Source: an uncultured Chloroflexia bacterium
Lineage (GTDB): Bacteria; Chloroflexota; Limnocylindria; Limnocylindrales; CSP1-4
Direction of reading: 5' to 3'
DNA length: 64,000 nucleotides
Assembly: GCA_963819655.1 (NCBI GenBank)
Contig: CAWFXA010000002.1
Coordinates: forward strand, 1,280,001-1,344,000
In this document: positions 47,544 through 57,605 of the stretch, one piece after another
How the letters are laid out: every line of letters starts with the position of its first letter
How positions within the stretch are numbered: position 1 is the stretch's first letter
Program-made: the position numbers and the translations under genes
Notes under the pieces: generated by a model
Told to the model about the DNA's origin: nothing
Database searches by the model: none
What the model saw: only the letters and a program-made list of their open reading frames with translations

Positions 47544-48496
47544 CGGTCTGCGATCCGCGTCGCCAGCATGACGACCTTCTCGCGCACCTCGGGTGGTCCG
47601 ATGACCTCCAGGTTGGGGCCGACGGCGAGCAGCATGCCGGGCGCCTCGTTCGGATAGCTGAGCCGCAACCGCAAGCGCAACGTGCCCGGATGATCGTCCT
47701 CATCCACCCGCTCGGCCGCGGCGACCGTGCCGCGGCCGAAGACATGGTTGATGCGCCACTGCTGATCCTCGCGGACACGGACGTCGACGAGCACGGTTGG
47801 CGTCCCACGTTCGTACGCTGCACTCGACTCCGCCCAGTAGGTCGCCAGGTCGAAATCCTCGGGTCGATGGACCGGGTCGTCCAGGACCGTCGCCGTGACC
47901 ACGCGGGACGCCCGGTAGGTTCGGATCTGGCCGTCGGCGAGCGCGATCACGTACCAGATCCCACCTTTGAGGACGAGCCCGAGCGGCCCGAGCACGCGTT
48001 GGACCACGTCCTCGCCACGGTCGTATCCGACGGCCACCGCGCGCCCGTCCCACACGCCGGTCGATAGCGTCTCCAGGTGCGGAACCGGCTCATTCGCCTG
48101 GAACCAGCCGGCCGCGTCGAGATGGAAGCGCTGGACGAGGCGCGAAGCGCGTGACCGAAGTTCGGGCGGCAGTGCGGCCATCACCTTGAGCTGCGCGGCG
48201 GCGACGACCGTGCCGAGACCGAGTTGCGCCGCGGGACCCGACAGCCCCGACAGGAAGAGCGCCTCGGCCTCTTCCGCGGTCATGCCGGTCAGACGCGTCC
48301 GGTAACCGTCGACGAGGCGGATCCCGCCGAGTGGCCCGCGCTCCGCAAAGATCGGGACCCCGGCGGCACTGAGCTCTTCGACGTCGCGATGGATGGTCCG
48401 CACGGAGACTTCGAGCTCTCGCGCGAGCTCGGCGGCCGTCAGGCCGCCACGACTCTGGAGCAGGAGCAGGAGGTTGACCAGGCGGCTGGCTCGCAT
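47507..48496 (-). CDS. HTH-WYL transcriptional regulator (YafY/PafBC-like)
   Basis: MRASRL, LEVSVRTIHRD, GPLGLV..GIWYV, RTYRASR. Confidence 0.92.
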   Translation of the reverse strand: MRASRLVNLLLLLQSRGGLTAAELARELEVSVRTIHRDVEELSAAGVPIFAERGPLGGIRLVDGYRTRLTGMTAEEAEALFLSGLSGPAAQLGLGTVVAAAQLKVMAALPPELRSRASRLVQRFHLDAAGWFQANEPVPHLETLSTGVWDGRAVAVGYDRGEDVVQRVLGPLGLVLKGGIWYVIALADGQIRTYRASRVVTATVLDDPVHRPEDFDLATYWAESSAAYERGTPTVLVDVRVREDQQWRINHVFGRGTVAAAERVDEDDHPGTLRLRLRLSYPNEAPGMLLAVGPNLEVIGPPEVREKVVMLATRIADRYREVAPVDVAR

Positions 48497-48518
48497 CTGG
48501 GCAGCATACGCCCGAACC

Positions 48519-48533
48519 CGACAGGTTCTGTCA
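48519..48533. promoter_or_regulatory. Putative WYL-regulator operator
   Basis: GACAG-GTT-CTGTC palindrome just upstream of the WYL gene -10 (TATGCT). Confidence 0.55.
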
Positions 48534-48614
48534 TGTACCTCCGTACCATCGCGTCGGTCTAGCGGTCTGTGCGACGATGCCGCCGCCCAAGGTCAGACAT
48601 CGAGGGGGATCATC

Positions 48615-51023
48615 GTGCTGCTCTGCCCTCGTCGACCTGTCCTGCTCGTCATTGCCGGTCTGGCGATCGTCGCATACGCACTGCCCGTCGCCGCGCCGGA
48701 GGTCCGCGCGGTCGGCAGTCGGTTGCTCGCGTTCGCGGATCAGAACACGTACGGGGAGCTGGGCGACGGCACGACCGATCCACACTCATCGCCGATCGAG
48801 CTGAGCGGCATGAGCGGCATCGTCGCCGTCTCGGCTGGGGTCGAGCACAGCCTCGCGCTTCGCTCGGACGGCCGAGTCTTGGCGTGGGGCCGGAACCAAT
48901 TCGGTCAACTCGGTGATGGGACGACGACGATCCGGCGCCAGCCGAAACTCGTCCCCGGACTCAGCCACGTCGTCGAGATCAGGGCCGGCGGGTACTACAG
49001 TCTCGCTCGCCGGATCGACGGCAGCGTCTGGCAATGGGGCCAGCGAGGCACGGAGAATCCGGCCACGTGGTTGCCGAATCTCCTGACGCCAACCCTTGTC
49101 GAGGGCGTGGATGCCGTGGCACTAGGCCACGGTGTCGGCCATCGCGAGGTCGTGACGACCGACGGCGCGGCGATGGCGTGGGGATACAACGGCCACGGCC
49201 AGCTGTCCGACGGGACCACGGTCGATCGTTGGCCGCCAGCGCCCATGGAGCTGTCCGCTGGTGCGGCGCAGGTCGGGGGCGGATACGGACATTCCGTCAT
49301 CCGTCTAACCGGCGGCACGGTCAAGACGACCGGCATGAACGACCATGGCCAGCTCGGCGACGGGACCACGACGCCGCGCCTGACGTTCGCACCGGTCCCG
49401 GGTCTCACGGTGCAGCAGATCGCCGTTGGAGACATGCACGCGCTGGGTCTCCTCGCTGATGGGACGGTCGTATCCTGGGGGCACGGAGGCGCCGGGCAGC
49501 TCGGCTATCTCACTGCCGCGGAGGTCGCCGACCGGCTCTCGCCGGGACCCGTCCCGGATCTGACCGGCGTGACGGCGATCCGTGCCGGCAACTTCTCCAG
49601 CGCAGCGATCACCGCCGATGGCGTCTGGACTTGGGGTTGGTCCACCGGCGTCGAGGGCCAGGAGATCTGGGGTACACCGCTCCTGGTCGCCGGCACCGGG
49701 GGCGCGACGGACGTCGCGCTCGGCGGGCATCACGGGCTCTTCCTGATCGATGGCGTGCCGCTGGACCTTCCGGATCCTGTCGGGACGACCATGAGCGTCG
49801 CAAGCGATCCTGACCCCGCCTACGTCGGCGAGCCCGTGACGTTTACCGCCACGCTCGATCCTGCGCCGGACATGGGAATCGTCGAGATGGGCGTCGATGC
49901 CACCGGCACGACCCAGACCGCGCCGATCGATCCTGAGACCGGTGTCGTGCAGTTCACCGACACGTTCGCCTCCGCATCGGCCTCTCACCAGCGGTTCTTC
50001 CGGTTCGACGGTGTCCCGGGTTTCGAGGCGTCGCAAGCATCGATCACCCTGGCCGTCGAGCGTCGCCCCACGACGATCACCCTGACCGACCCGAGCGCGC
50101 GCACGATCGGGCGTACCCAGGGCCTGTCACTCGAAGCGATCGTCACGCCCGCGACCGCCGGCAACGCCCGGGCATTCGATGTGACCGACCCGTCGTCACC
50201 AGTCGCCCTCGGAGCGGATGTCGTGCTCGATCCGAGTGATGGCTCCGCGACCCTCCTCATCGAACCGCTGACGGTCGGTGACCACGAGCTCGAGATCCGC
50301 TACTTGGGCAGCGCGTCCCATCTGCCGTCCGTCTCGGCGGTCCTCGTGGTCACGGTCGTCGAGGGGCCTGTCGTCGGAGCTCCGGTCGCGCGGATCGTCG
50401 CTGGGACGCGAGCCGGGCTCGGAACGGTGCCTGTGAGCGTGACCTGGGATCCGATGGGCCTCACGGCAAACCATTACGAACTCGAGCATCGGGTCGATGG
50501 CGGATCGTGGTCATCGGTCTCGACCACGCTCACGAGCCCCTCGATCTCCCGAACGCTCGCCGTCTCACACACCTACGAGTACCGGGTCCGGGCGATCGAC
50601 ACCAGCGCGCACGTCGGGCCGTGGATCAATGCGGTGGCATTTCGGGCCTCGCTGACCGAGAACACGTCGGGCGCGCTCTGGTATCGGGGCACATGGACAT
50701 CGACGTCTCGATCGACCGCGTTCTCGGGTGGCTCGGCGCGGACCACGACCTCGCGCGATGGCCGGGTGACGCTCACCTTCACGGGCTCCGGCGTCAGCTG
50801 GCTGGCGGCCCTTGGCCCGACCCGCGGTCGGGTCACCATCTATCTCGATGGCGTCCTCATCAAGACGCAGGACCTGCGGGCGGCGGTCAACGACACGCGA
50901 CGCCTGGTCTTCGTCAAACGCTGGGCGACAGCGGGCCGGCACACGATCACGATCTCGAATCACGCGACTTCCGGGCGCCCGCGCTTCGATCTCGACGCGT
51001 TCCTGATCTGGACTGGCCCCTGA
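48615..51023 (+). CDS. Secreted RCC1-repeat protein with Ig-like and FN3-like domains
   Basis: Repeated AG..HSLAL..DG.V.AWG.N..GQLGDG; Big_3-like and YEYRVRA FN3 segments; N-terminal hydrophobic signal. Confidence 0.85.
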   Translation: MLLCPRRPVLLVIAGLAIVAYALPVAAPEVRAVGSRLLAFADQNTYGELGDGTTDPHSSPIELSGMSGIVAVSAGVEHSLALRSDGRVLAWGRNQFGQLGDGTTTIRRQPKLVPGLSHVVEIRAGGYYSLARRIDGSVWQWGQRGTENPATWLPNLLTPTLVEGVDAVALGHGVGHREVVTTDGAAMAWGYNGHGQLSDGTTVDRWPPAPMELSAGAAQVGGGYGHSVIRLTGGTVKTTGMNDHGQLGDGTTTPRLTFAPVPGLTVQQIAVGDMHALGLLADGTVVSWGHGGAGQLGYLTAAEVADRLSPGPVPDLTGVTAIRAGNFSSAAITADGVWTWGWSTGVEGQEIWGTPLLVAGTGGATDVALGGHHGLFLIDGVPLDLPDPVGTTMSVASDPDPAYVGEPVTFTATLDPAPDMGIVEMGVDATGTTQTAPIDPETGVVQFTDTFASASASHQRFFRFDGVPGFEASQASITLAVERRPTTITLTDPSARTIGRTQGLSLEAIVTPATAGNARAFDVTDPSSPVALGADVVLDPSDGSATLLIEPLTVGDHELEIRYLGSASHLPSVSAVLVVTVVEGPVVGAPVARIVAGTRAGLGTVPVSVTWDPMGLTANHYELEHRVDGGSWSSVSTTLTSPSISRTLAVSHTYEYRVRAIDTSAHVGPWINAVAFRASLTENTSGALWYRGTWTSTSRSTAFSGGSARTTTSRDGRVTLTFTGSGVSWLAALGPTRGRVTIYLDGVLIKTQDLRAAVNDTRRLVFVKRWATAGRHTITISNHATSGRPRFDLDAFLIWTGP

Positions 51024-51027
51024 CGAC

Positions 51028-51897
51028 TCAGCCCTGCGGACGTCCCTCGGTGCCGCCCTCGCGCAGGAAGCGCTCGATCTCGCCGATCAGGTCATCGCCT
51101 GAGGGAAGTCGCTGCTCATCGACCATCGACTCAAGCCGCTCGACGTAGGTGCGCGTCGTCTCCTCGAGCGCGGTCGCGGTATCGAGCCGCGTTCGCAGTT
51201 GCCCGCTCTCGTCGGCCAGGTCGCCGGTCGGCAGGTCGATCGCGAGGTGGCGGCCGAGCGCCTCCAGCAGCGCCAATGACGCCGCAGGATACGGACCCGA
51301 GACGTAATGGGGCACCTGCGCGAAGTAGCCCACCGCCGGGATACCGCCTTCGGCCATGGCCATCTCGAGGACGCTGATCGTCGCCGCCGGGACGCGCAGC
51401 AGCCCGGCCGGGCCGGGCTGGACGTTACCGCGCAGTCGACCGGATTCCGAGGTCGTGCCGAGGATCGGGACATCGCGTGTGTGCGGGACGGCGGCCGGGA
51501 TCGCCCCGAGACTGACCCACTCCACGACGCCGAGCCGGTGCGCCAGCTCGACGACGGCGGTGGCGAACGCCTGCCATCGATCGTCCGGCTCCGGGCCGGC
51601 CAGGACGAGCAGGTCCCGCTCCGAGAACGAGACGCGCCGGACGACGAGCTCCGGCCAGGTCAGCTCGGCGAGTCGGCCGTCGACGATCTGCAGTGTCGGC
51701 CGCCGCGCGCGGTAGTCGAACAGGGCATCCGGGTCGAACGTCGCAACGTCGACTGCGTCATCGAGGAGTCGTTCTAGCGCCGTGGTCGCGGCGCTGCCGG
51801 CGTCCACCCAGCCGTCGAACGCGGCCACGAACGTCGGAGCGATGAGGTCGCCGGGGTCGCCCGGGCTGCCGGGCCCTGCCAGCGAATAGAGGCTCAC
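51028..51897 (-). CDS. PAC2 (proteasome assembly chaperone) family protein
   Basis: AFDGWVDAG, DYRARRP, GPEPD.RW, PHTR, QVPHY. Confidence 0.88.
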   Translation of the reverse strand: MSLYSLAGPGSPGDPGDLIAPTFVAAFDGWVDAGSAATTALERLLDDAVDVATFDPDALFDYRARRPTLQIVDGRLAELTWPELVVRRVSFSERDLLVLAGPEPDDRWQAFATAVVELAHRLGVVEWVSLGAIPAAVPHTRDVPILGTTSESGRLRGNVQPGPAGLLRVPAATISVLEMAMAEGGIPAVGYFAQVPHYVSGPYPAASLALLEALGRHLAIDLPTGDLADESGQLRTRLDTATALEETTRTYVERLESMVDEQRLPSGDDLIGEIERFLREGGTEGRPQG

Positions 51898-52094
51898 GCC
51901 CGAAAGTCTACGCGGCAGCCGGTGCGACCCTGGTCGCGCCATTCCTTGCCCCGGGCGCCTCGCCAGAACGACGGCGGCGTGATTCAATAAACGAAATCAA
52001 CCGTGAATCGAACCGGGGTTGTATCGTCTCGCCCGACTTTGGCAGATTCGTCGGTGGTCCAGCCGACCCCCAGTCCGATACCAGGAGGGAAACC

Positions 52095-53276
52095 TTGCGC
52101 ACTAGGGTCGCGCGGCGTGCCCCCATCATGGCCGCGCTCGTCATCTCGTCACTTGGCCTCACCGCGTTCGCTCCCGTCGTCGGTGCGGCGAACGGTCTCG
52201 AGGTCACGACCCAGTTTCCGGCCGTCGTCGTGGCGCCCGGCAACAAGGTCAGCTTCGACCTCCGAGTCACATCGACGCGACAGGCCGACGTCGCGCTGTC
52301 TCTGACCGGTGTGCCGAGCGGATGGACCGCGAGCATCCTCGGCGGCGGGTACGTCGTCGATGCCGTCGCGGTTGCTCCCGGCACGGCCGGCGAAGTCCGG
52401 CTCGATGTGAGCGTGCCCGCCGATGCAGCGGCCGGGACGTCGACGATCCGCGTGAACGCCCGTGGCGGCGGCGCGGAGGACGTGCTGGCGGTCACGATCC
52501 GCGTGAATGCCGAGGCCGCCGGGACACTGACCCTGACGACCAACACGCCCGAGCTGACCGGCGCGTCCGACAAGGCCTTCAAGTTCGACCTCCAACTTCA
52601 GAACGACACGGCCCAGGACGTGACGGTGTCGGCCACCGCCACCGGCCCGACAGGCTGGACGATCGACACGGTGTTGACCGGGGCGACCGATGCGGCCTCG
52701 ACCGTGGTCAAGACGGGCGCGTCGCAGAGCATCAGCGTCAGCGTCACGCCTGCGGAAGGCACGCCCGCCGACACCTATCCGATCAAGGTGATCGCCACTG
52801 CCGGGGAACGTACGGTCGAAGCCGACCTCGCGATCTCCGTGACCGGCTCGTATTCGATGCAGTTGTCGACGCCCGGTGACGTGCTCTCGACGCGGGGGTC
52901 GGCTGGCTCCGCCACCACGCAGGACTTCGTGATCACGAACACGGGTACCGCGCCGATCACCAACGTCACCCTCGAAGCATCGCCCGCGCCGCCGCAGGGC
53001 TGGACCGTGACCGTGAACCCGGAGGCTGGGGTTCCGTCGATCGAGCCTGGTGCGACCGGCACCGTCACGGCGACCATCACGCCATCGGCCGACGCGGTGG
53101 CCGGTGACTACGTCGTGTCGTTCCAGGCGGTCTCGACCGAGAACACGACCGGCGAGACGGCGCAGATCCGGTTCACCGTCGAGACGTCCCCGATCTGGGC
53201 CCTCGTCGGCATCGCCCTGATCGCGCTGATCCTGGGCGGCCTGTTCTACGTCTTCCGGACCTACGGCCGGCGATGA
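52095..53276 (+). CDS. NEW3/NPCBM-associated Ig-like domain membrane protein
   Basis: Three beta-rich repeats (P.GW, NTG.AP..NV), signal peptide, C-terminal TM + YGRR; AGGAGG RBS before TTG. Confidence 0.8.
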   Translation: MRTRVARRAPIMAALVISSLGLTAFAPVVGAANGLEVTTQFPAVVVAPGNKVSFDLRVTSTRQADVALSLTGVPSGWTASILGGGYVVDAVAVAPGTAGEVRLDVSVPADAAAGTSTIRVNARGGGAEDVLAVTIRVNAEAAGTLTLTTNTPELTGASDKAFKFDLQLQNDTAQDVTVSATATGPTGWTIDTVLTGATDAASTVVKTGASQSISVSVTPAEGTPADTYPIKVIATAGERTVEADLAISVTGSYSMQLSTPGDVLSTRGSAGSATTQDFVITNTGTAPITNVTLEASPAPPQGWTVTVNPEAGVPSIEPGATGTVTATITPSADAVAGDYVVSFQAVSTENTTGETAQIRFTVETSPIWALVGIALIALILGGLFYVFRTYGRR

Positions 53277-54382
53277 GCACGAGTCCAGGACGGATCGCGT
53301 CCAAGCGTCGTCAGGCCAGGCGCGAGGGCCCGGCTGCCGCCGCGGACGGGGCTGCGCCGGGCCGGCCGATCCGGATCAAGACCCGCGGCCTGACCAAGAT
53401 GTACGACGACCTCGTGGCCGTCGACCACCTTGACCTCGACGTCCGCGCCGGGGAGATCTTCGGGCTCCTCGGTCAGAACGGCGCCGGCAAGACCACGACG
53501 ATCCTCATGCTGCTCGGGTTGACCGAGATCACCGAGGGCGCGGCGCGGGTGGTCGGGCTGGATCCATCGCGGGGTCCGCTCGAGGTCAAGCGCCGGGTCG
53601 GCTACCTGCCCGACAGCGTCGGCTTTTACGGGGATCTGACGGGTCGCGAGAACCTGCGCTACACGGCTCGGCTCAATCGGTTGGACCGTGATGAGGCCGA
53701 GACGACCATCGATTCGGTGCTCGAGCAGGTCGGCCTGACCGATCGAGCGGACGACCCCGTGGACGAGTACTCGCGCGGCATGATCCAGCGCCTGGGGATC
53801 GCCGACGCGCTCGTCAAGGATCCCGACGTGCTGATCCTCGACGAGCCGACGACCTCGATCGACCCGCTCGGCGTGACCGAGATCCTCGATCTCCTGCGTG
53901 GCCTTGTTCGCGACCACGGGATGGCGATCCTTCTCTCGAGCCACCTGCTCAACCAGGTCCAGTCGGTCTGCGACCGGATCGGCATCTTCGCCGCCGGAAG
54001 GCTGATCGGGCAGGGAACCATGGCGCAGCTGGCCGAGCGCTTCGGCGAGGGACCTCAGGAACTCGAGATCGGCATCGACGTGCACACGCCGGCAGAGGTC
54101 GAGCGAGCCCGGACGGTGCTCCGCGCCGTGCCGGGCGTCACCGCCCTCGGCGACAGCGCCCGGCCCGGCGATCCGTGGCGCATCTCGATCGCCCCGGACT
54201 CCGATCCGGCCAAGGTCCGGTCCGCGGTCCTGGCCGCCGTGGCGGCCGAGCAGCTCCCGCTGACGTCGATCCGGGCCATCGTCCCATCGCTCGAGGACAT
54301 CTATCGCCGCGCCGTCTCCGGCCCAAGCGACCAGGCTCGTCCGGCCCCCGACCGCCGAACCCCGCGGGAGGTGCCGGCATGA
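53273..54382 (+). CDS. ABC ATP-binding protein
   Basis: GQNGAGKT, YSRGMIQR, LDEPT, SSH. Confidence 0.92.
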   Translation: MSTSPGRIASKRRQARREGPAAAADGAAPGRPIRIKTRGLTKMYDDLVAVDHLDLDVRAGEIFGLLGQNGAGKTTTILMLLGLTEITEGAARVVGLDPSRGPLEVKRRVGYLPDSVGFYGDLTGRENLRYTARLNRLDRDEAETTIDSVLEQVGLTDRADDPVDEYSRGMIQRLGIADALVKDPDVLILDEPTTSIDPLGVTEILDLLRGLVRDHGMAILLSSHLLNQVQSVCDRIGIFAAGRLIGQGTMAQLAERFGEGPQELEIGIDVHTPAEVERARTVLRAVPGVTALGDSARPGDPWRISIAPDSDPAKVRSAVLAAVAAEQLPLTSIRAIVPSLEDIYRRAVSGPSDQARPAPDRRTPREVPA

Positions 54383-55434
54383 CCGCTACGACGACCACCG
54401 CTGACGGTGCCCCGACGCCCGCCGAGGGCTCGGCCCAGCCGGCTGAGCGCACACGGTCGATCCCGCGCGCCGGCTGGATGGTCATCGCCAACAAGGAGTT
54501 CGGCGATCACCTGCTGTCGTCGCGGTTCATCGTCCTGCTGCTGATCCTCGGACTGGCCGCCGGCATCCCGATCTTCCTTGCCACGGAACAGATCACGAGC
54601 ATCGCGTCCGAGGTGAGCGGGATCCCGGCCCTGTTCATCGCGCTGTTCATCGCGGGCGCCCAGGACGTCTCGATCCTGCAGCTCGACCTGACGGTCCAGT
54701 CGTTCATCGGGCTGGTTGCGCCGTTGCTCGGTCTGGCGTTCATGTTCGACTCGATCAACGGCGAGCGCTCGCAGGGGACGCTCCCGCGGCTACTGTCCCA
54801 GCCGATCCACCGCGACGATGTGATCAACGGCAAATTCGCCGCGGGTCTCGCGGTGATCAGCGTCGTCCTCATCACGGTGTGCGGGATCGTCGCCGCCTTC
54901 GGGATCCTCCGGCTGGGGATCGTCCCGGCGCCGTACGAGATCCTGCGGCTGCTGATCTGGATCCTGGCGACGATCCTCTACGTCGGCTTGTGGCTGGCTT
55001 TCGGGCTGCTGTTGTCGGTGGTGTTCCGTCGGGCCGCGACGTCGGCGCTGGTCGGGTTCGGGGCATGGCTCGTCCTGACCGTGTTCGGCCAGTTCCTGGC
55101 GCGCTTCGTGCTGGCGTTCCTGGTGCCGGTCTCGTCGGCCCTTTCGGAGGAGAACCTGCAGGCGGCGTCGACGCAATCCACGATCCTGCGGCTCCTGCCG
55201 ACCACCCTGTACAGCGACCTGTCGCTGGTGCTGCTCAGCCCGCGGATCACGGGGACCGGCGTCTCGGGCAGCATCGGCGAAGAGGTCCAGCGGCAGCTCC
55301 AGATCCAGTCGTTCCTGTCGATCGACCAGAGCCTTCTGCTGGTCTGGCCGCAGCTCGTGTTCCTCATCGCGATGATGGTCGCCTGCTTCGCGGCGGCCTA
55401 CGTCCTGTTCATGCGCCAGGAGGTGCGGGCCTAG
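54379..55434 (+). CDS. ABC-2 type permease (NosY-like)
   Basis: KEF, FDSINGERSQGTL..LLSQPI, GKF, FMRQEVR. Confidence 0.9.
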   Translation: MTATTTTADGAPTPAEGSAQPAERTRSIPRAGWMVIANKEFGDHLLSSRFIVLLLILGLAAGIPIFLATEQITSIASEVSGIPALFIALFIAGAQDVSILQLDLTVQSFIGLVAPLLGLAFMFDSINGERSQGTLPRLLSQPIHRDDVINGKFAAGLAVISVVLITVCGIVAAFGILRLGIVPAPYEILRLLIWILATILYVGLWLAFGLLLSVVFRRAATSALVGFGAWLVLTVFGQFLARFVLAFLVPVSSALSEENLQAASTQSTILRLLPTTLYSDLSLVLLSPRITGTGVSGSIGEEVQRQLQIQSFLSIDQSLLLVWPQLVFLIAMMVACFAAAYVLFMRQEVRA

Positions 55435-55492
55435 AGGGGCCTGGACCCCCGCGAGGGACACGCCGACTACAGCGCCCTGACAGCCGCCCGCG

Positions 55493-55656
55493 TTCTTGTC
55501 ATTTGCTCGTCAGGCCGACCAGCGACGACGTTTCCGAACCGACCCGGGACTGGACATCGCCTGCTCACGCATGATTGAGTCCCGCAAACGGCCCGTATCC
55601 GGGAAATACTGCCCGATCTCGAATCATCGGCTGACCATGCAGACATCTGACAAGAA
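55493..55656. repeat. Third family-A element with terminal inverted arms
   Basis: TTCTTGTCATTTGCTC (55493-55508) ... AGACATCTGACAAGAA (55641-55656). Confidence 0.65.
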
Positions 55657-55741
55657 ATTCGCCATCCGATGCGCGATCCGGCGCCCACCCCAACCGATCC
55701 GCTCCGCCTAGCGATCGGTCCGACAACGTCCGGCGAACCGC

Positions 55742-56344
55742 CTATCCCAGGGTTCCCGGCGCGAGCCCGAGCTCTCGTTCCGCGGCGGCCGTCGACCAGG
55801 CCACAACGTCCGGGCGCGAGATCGTCGTCCCGTGGGCGACGACCTGCAGCGCCAGCCCGTCGAGCAGCGACAGGATCCGCCACGCCGCGCCCCCAGGATC
55901 GGGGCATGAGAACGCCCCGGCCCGGACCCCTTCCTCGATGGTCCGCTCCAGGAGAGCCTGCCATTCCAGGTTGAGCCGCCGCGAGGTGGCCTGCACAGCC
56001 GGTCGGCGAGCCGCCTCGGCCCACGCATCCAGCCAGAGCTGGAACGCCCAGTCCTTGTCCGCCGGCGTGTAGGTCTCGAAGAAGATGCGCAACGCCTCGA
56101 CGGGCGATGTGGCCGCGGCCATCAGCCGCGCCGAGAGCTCGAGATCCTGGCTCGCGACGACCTCGAACGCCGCGGCGAGCACCTCATCCATCGACGCGAA
56201 GTAGTGGTGGATGAGGCCCGACGACGTCCCCATCTCGGCGGCCACGTCGCGTACGGTGGTCGACGCAAGCCCCTTGCGACGCGCCACATCGACCGTTGCC
56301 AACACGATCGCGTCGCGTCGTTCCGCCGGCGTCATCCGCTTCAC
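55742..56344 (-). CDS. TetR family regulator (BetI-like C-terminus)
   Basis: RRDAIV, TTVRDVAAEMGTSSGLIHHYF, LLDGL. Confidence 0.9.
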   Translation of the reverse strand: MKRMTPAERRDAIVLATVDVARRKGLASTTVRDVAAEMGTSSGLIHHYFASMDEVLAAAFEVVASQDLELSARLMAAATSPVEALRIFFETYTPADKDWAFQLWLDAWAEAARRPAVQATSRRLNLEWQALLERTIEEGVRAGAFSCPDPGGAAWRILSLLDGLALQVVAHGTTISRPDVVAWSTAAAERELGLAPGTLG

Positions 56345-56362
56345 GCCCGCAGGGTAGGACGA

Positions 56363-56382
56363 TATTGCGCAGGCGTCCAATA
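56363..56382. promoter_or_regulatory. Putative TetR/BetI-type operator
   Basis: TATTG-CGCAGGCGTC-CAATA between divergent -10 elements. Confidence 0.5.
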
Positions 56383-56401
56383 GCAGGTATCGTCGCGAAC
56401 G

Positions 56402-57604
56402 ATGGCGATTCGCGGCACCCCGTTCCACGAGCGGACCAACGCGCTCAACGAGACCCAGCTGTGGAGTCATTGGTCGGGTCACCTGGCGGCTGACCGGTAC
56501 CAGATGTCGGACAAGTTCGAGTACTTCGCTGTCCGCAACGCGGCCGGCATCTTCGACTCGAGCCCGCTGTTCAAGTACCGGATCACCGGCAGCGATGCCG
56601 AGAAGTTCCTGTCCGGCGTGCTCGCCCGCGACATCCGTGCATGTCCGCCGGGCCACGCCCAGTACACCTGCTGGCTCGACGATCGCGGCTTCGTCATCGA
56701 GGACGGCGTCATCCTGCGGCTCGGCAAGTCCGAGTTCCTGCTGACCTGCGCCGAACCGAACTTCGCCTACTTCGCCGACCGGATCGGGCGCGACGACGTG
56801 CACATCGAGGATGTCAGCCACGAGATGGGCACCCTCGCCGTCCAGGGCCCGCGCAGCCGCAACCTCCTGAAGAAGCTCGTGCCCCAGATGGAGAACATCC
56901 CGTACTTCGGGGTCGCCAAGGGCGAGATCGGCGGGGCAGGGGTGACCGTCAGCCGGACGGGCTACAGCGGCGACCTCGGCTACGAGATCTGGATCGACAC
57001 CCCTGACGCGCTGCACGTCTGGGACACGCTGTGGGAGTCGGTCGAGGGCCATGGCGTGCTGCCATTCGGTCTCGCGGCGCTGTACATGCTCCGCATCGAG
57101 GCGGGGCTCCTCCTGCTCGAGGCGGATTTCGACTCGAGTCGTTTCGCCTGGAACGACGCCCACCGGTCGACCCCGATCGAGCTTGGCTGGAGCTGGATGT
57201 TCAAGGACCTCAAGGCAGACGATCGCGCCTTCATCGGGCGCAAGGCCCTGGAGAGAGAGATCGCCGACAAGACCTCGCGCTGGGCGATGCGCGGCCTGAT
57301 CGTGGACTGGCGGGACTACGATCGTGTCTACAACGACGCGGGCCTGATCCCGCCCAAGGACCACGCCCCGGTGGTCGAGGACTGGATGCTCTACGACGAC
57401 GAGTACGAGCGCGTCGGCTACGCGACGAGCTTCATGTACTCACCGATGCTCCAGCGCCACATCGCGATCGCCCGCGTTCGCCCCGACTTCGCGAAGCTCG
57501 GGACGAAGGTCAACCTGGAGTTCACCGTCGACCACCATTACGAGCAGGTCGCCGCGCATGTCGCGCGGCTGCCGCTCTACAACCCGGAGCGAAAGACGGC
57601 CTGA
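56402..57604 (+). CDS. GcvT-family aminomethyltransferase/THF-dependent demethylase
   Basis: TPFH, EY.AVR, VIEDG, LAVQGP.S, SRTGYSGDLGYE, LRIEAG. Confidence 0.9.
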   Translation: MAIRGTPFHERTNALNETQLWSHWSGHLAADRYQMSDKFEYFAVRNAAGIFDSSPLFKYRITGSDAEKFLSGVLARDIRACPPGHAQYTCWLDDRGFVIEDGVILRLGKSEFLLTCAEPNFAYFADRIGRDDVHIEDVSHEMGTLAVQGPRSRNLLKKLVPQMENIPYFGVAKGEIGGAGVTVSRTGYSGDLGYEIWIDTPDALHVWDTLWESVEGHGVLPFGLAALYMLRIEAGLLLLEADFDSSRFAWNDAHRSTPIELGWSWMFKDLKADDRAFIGRKALEREIADKTSRWAMRGLIVDWRDYDRVYNDAGLIPPKDHAPVVEDWMLYDDEYERVGYATSFMYSPMLQRHIAIARVRPDFAKLGTKVNLEFTVDHHYEQVAAHVARLPLYNPERKTA

Positions 57605-57605
57605 T

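Noticed and set aside
51028-51897. Pup-proteasome locus implied by PAC2 and the nearby WYL gene
   Set aside because: No pup, pafA, dop, arc or prc genes in the window; PAC2 homologs often occur alone
55742-57364. 540-aa TetR fusion suggested by the ORF track
   Set aside because: The N-terminal part is the antisense of the GcvT-like gene; the true start is near 56344
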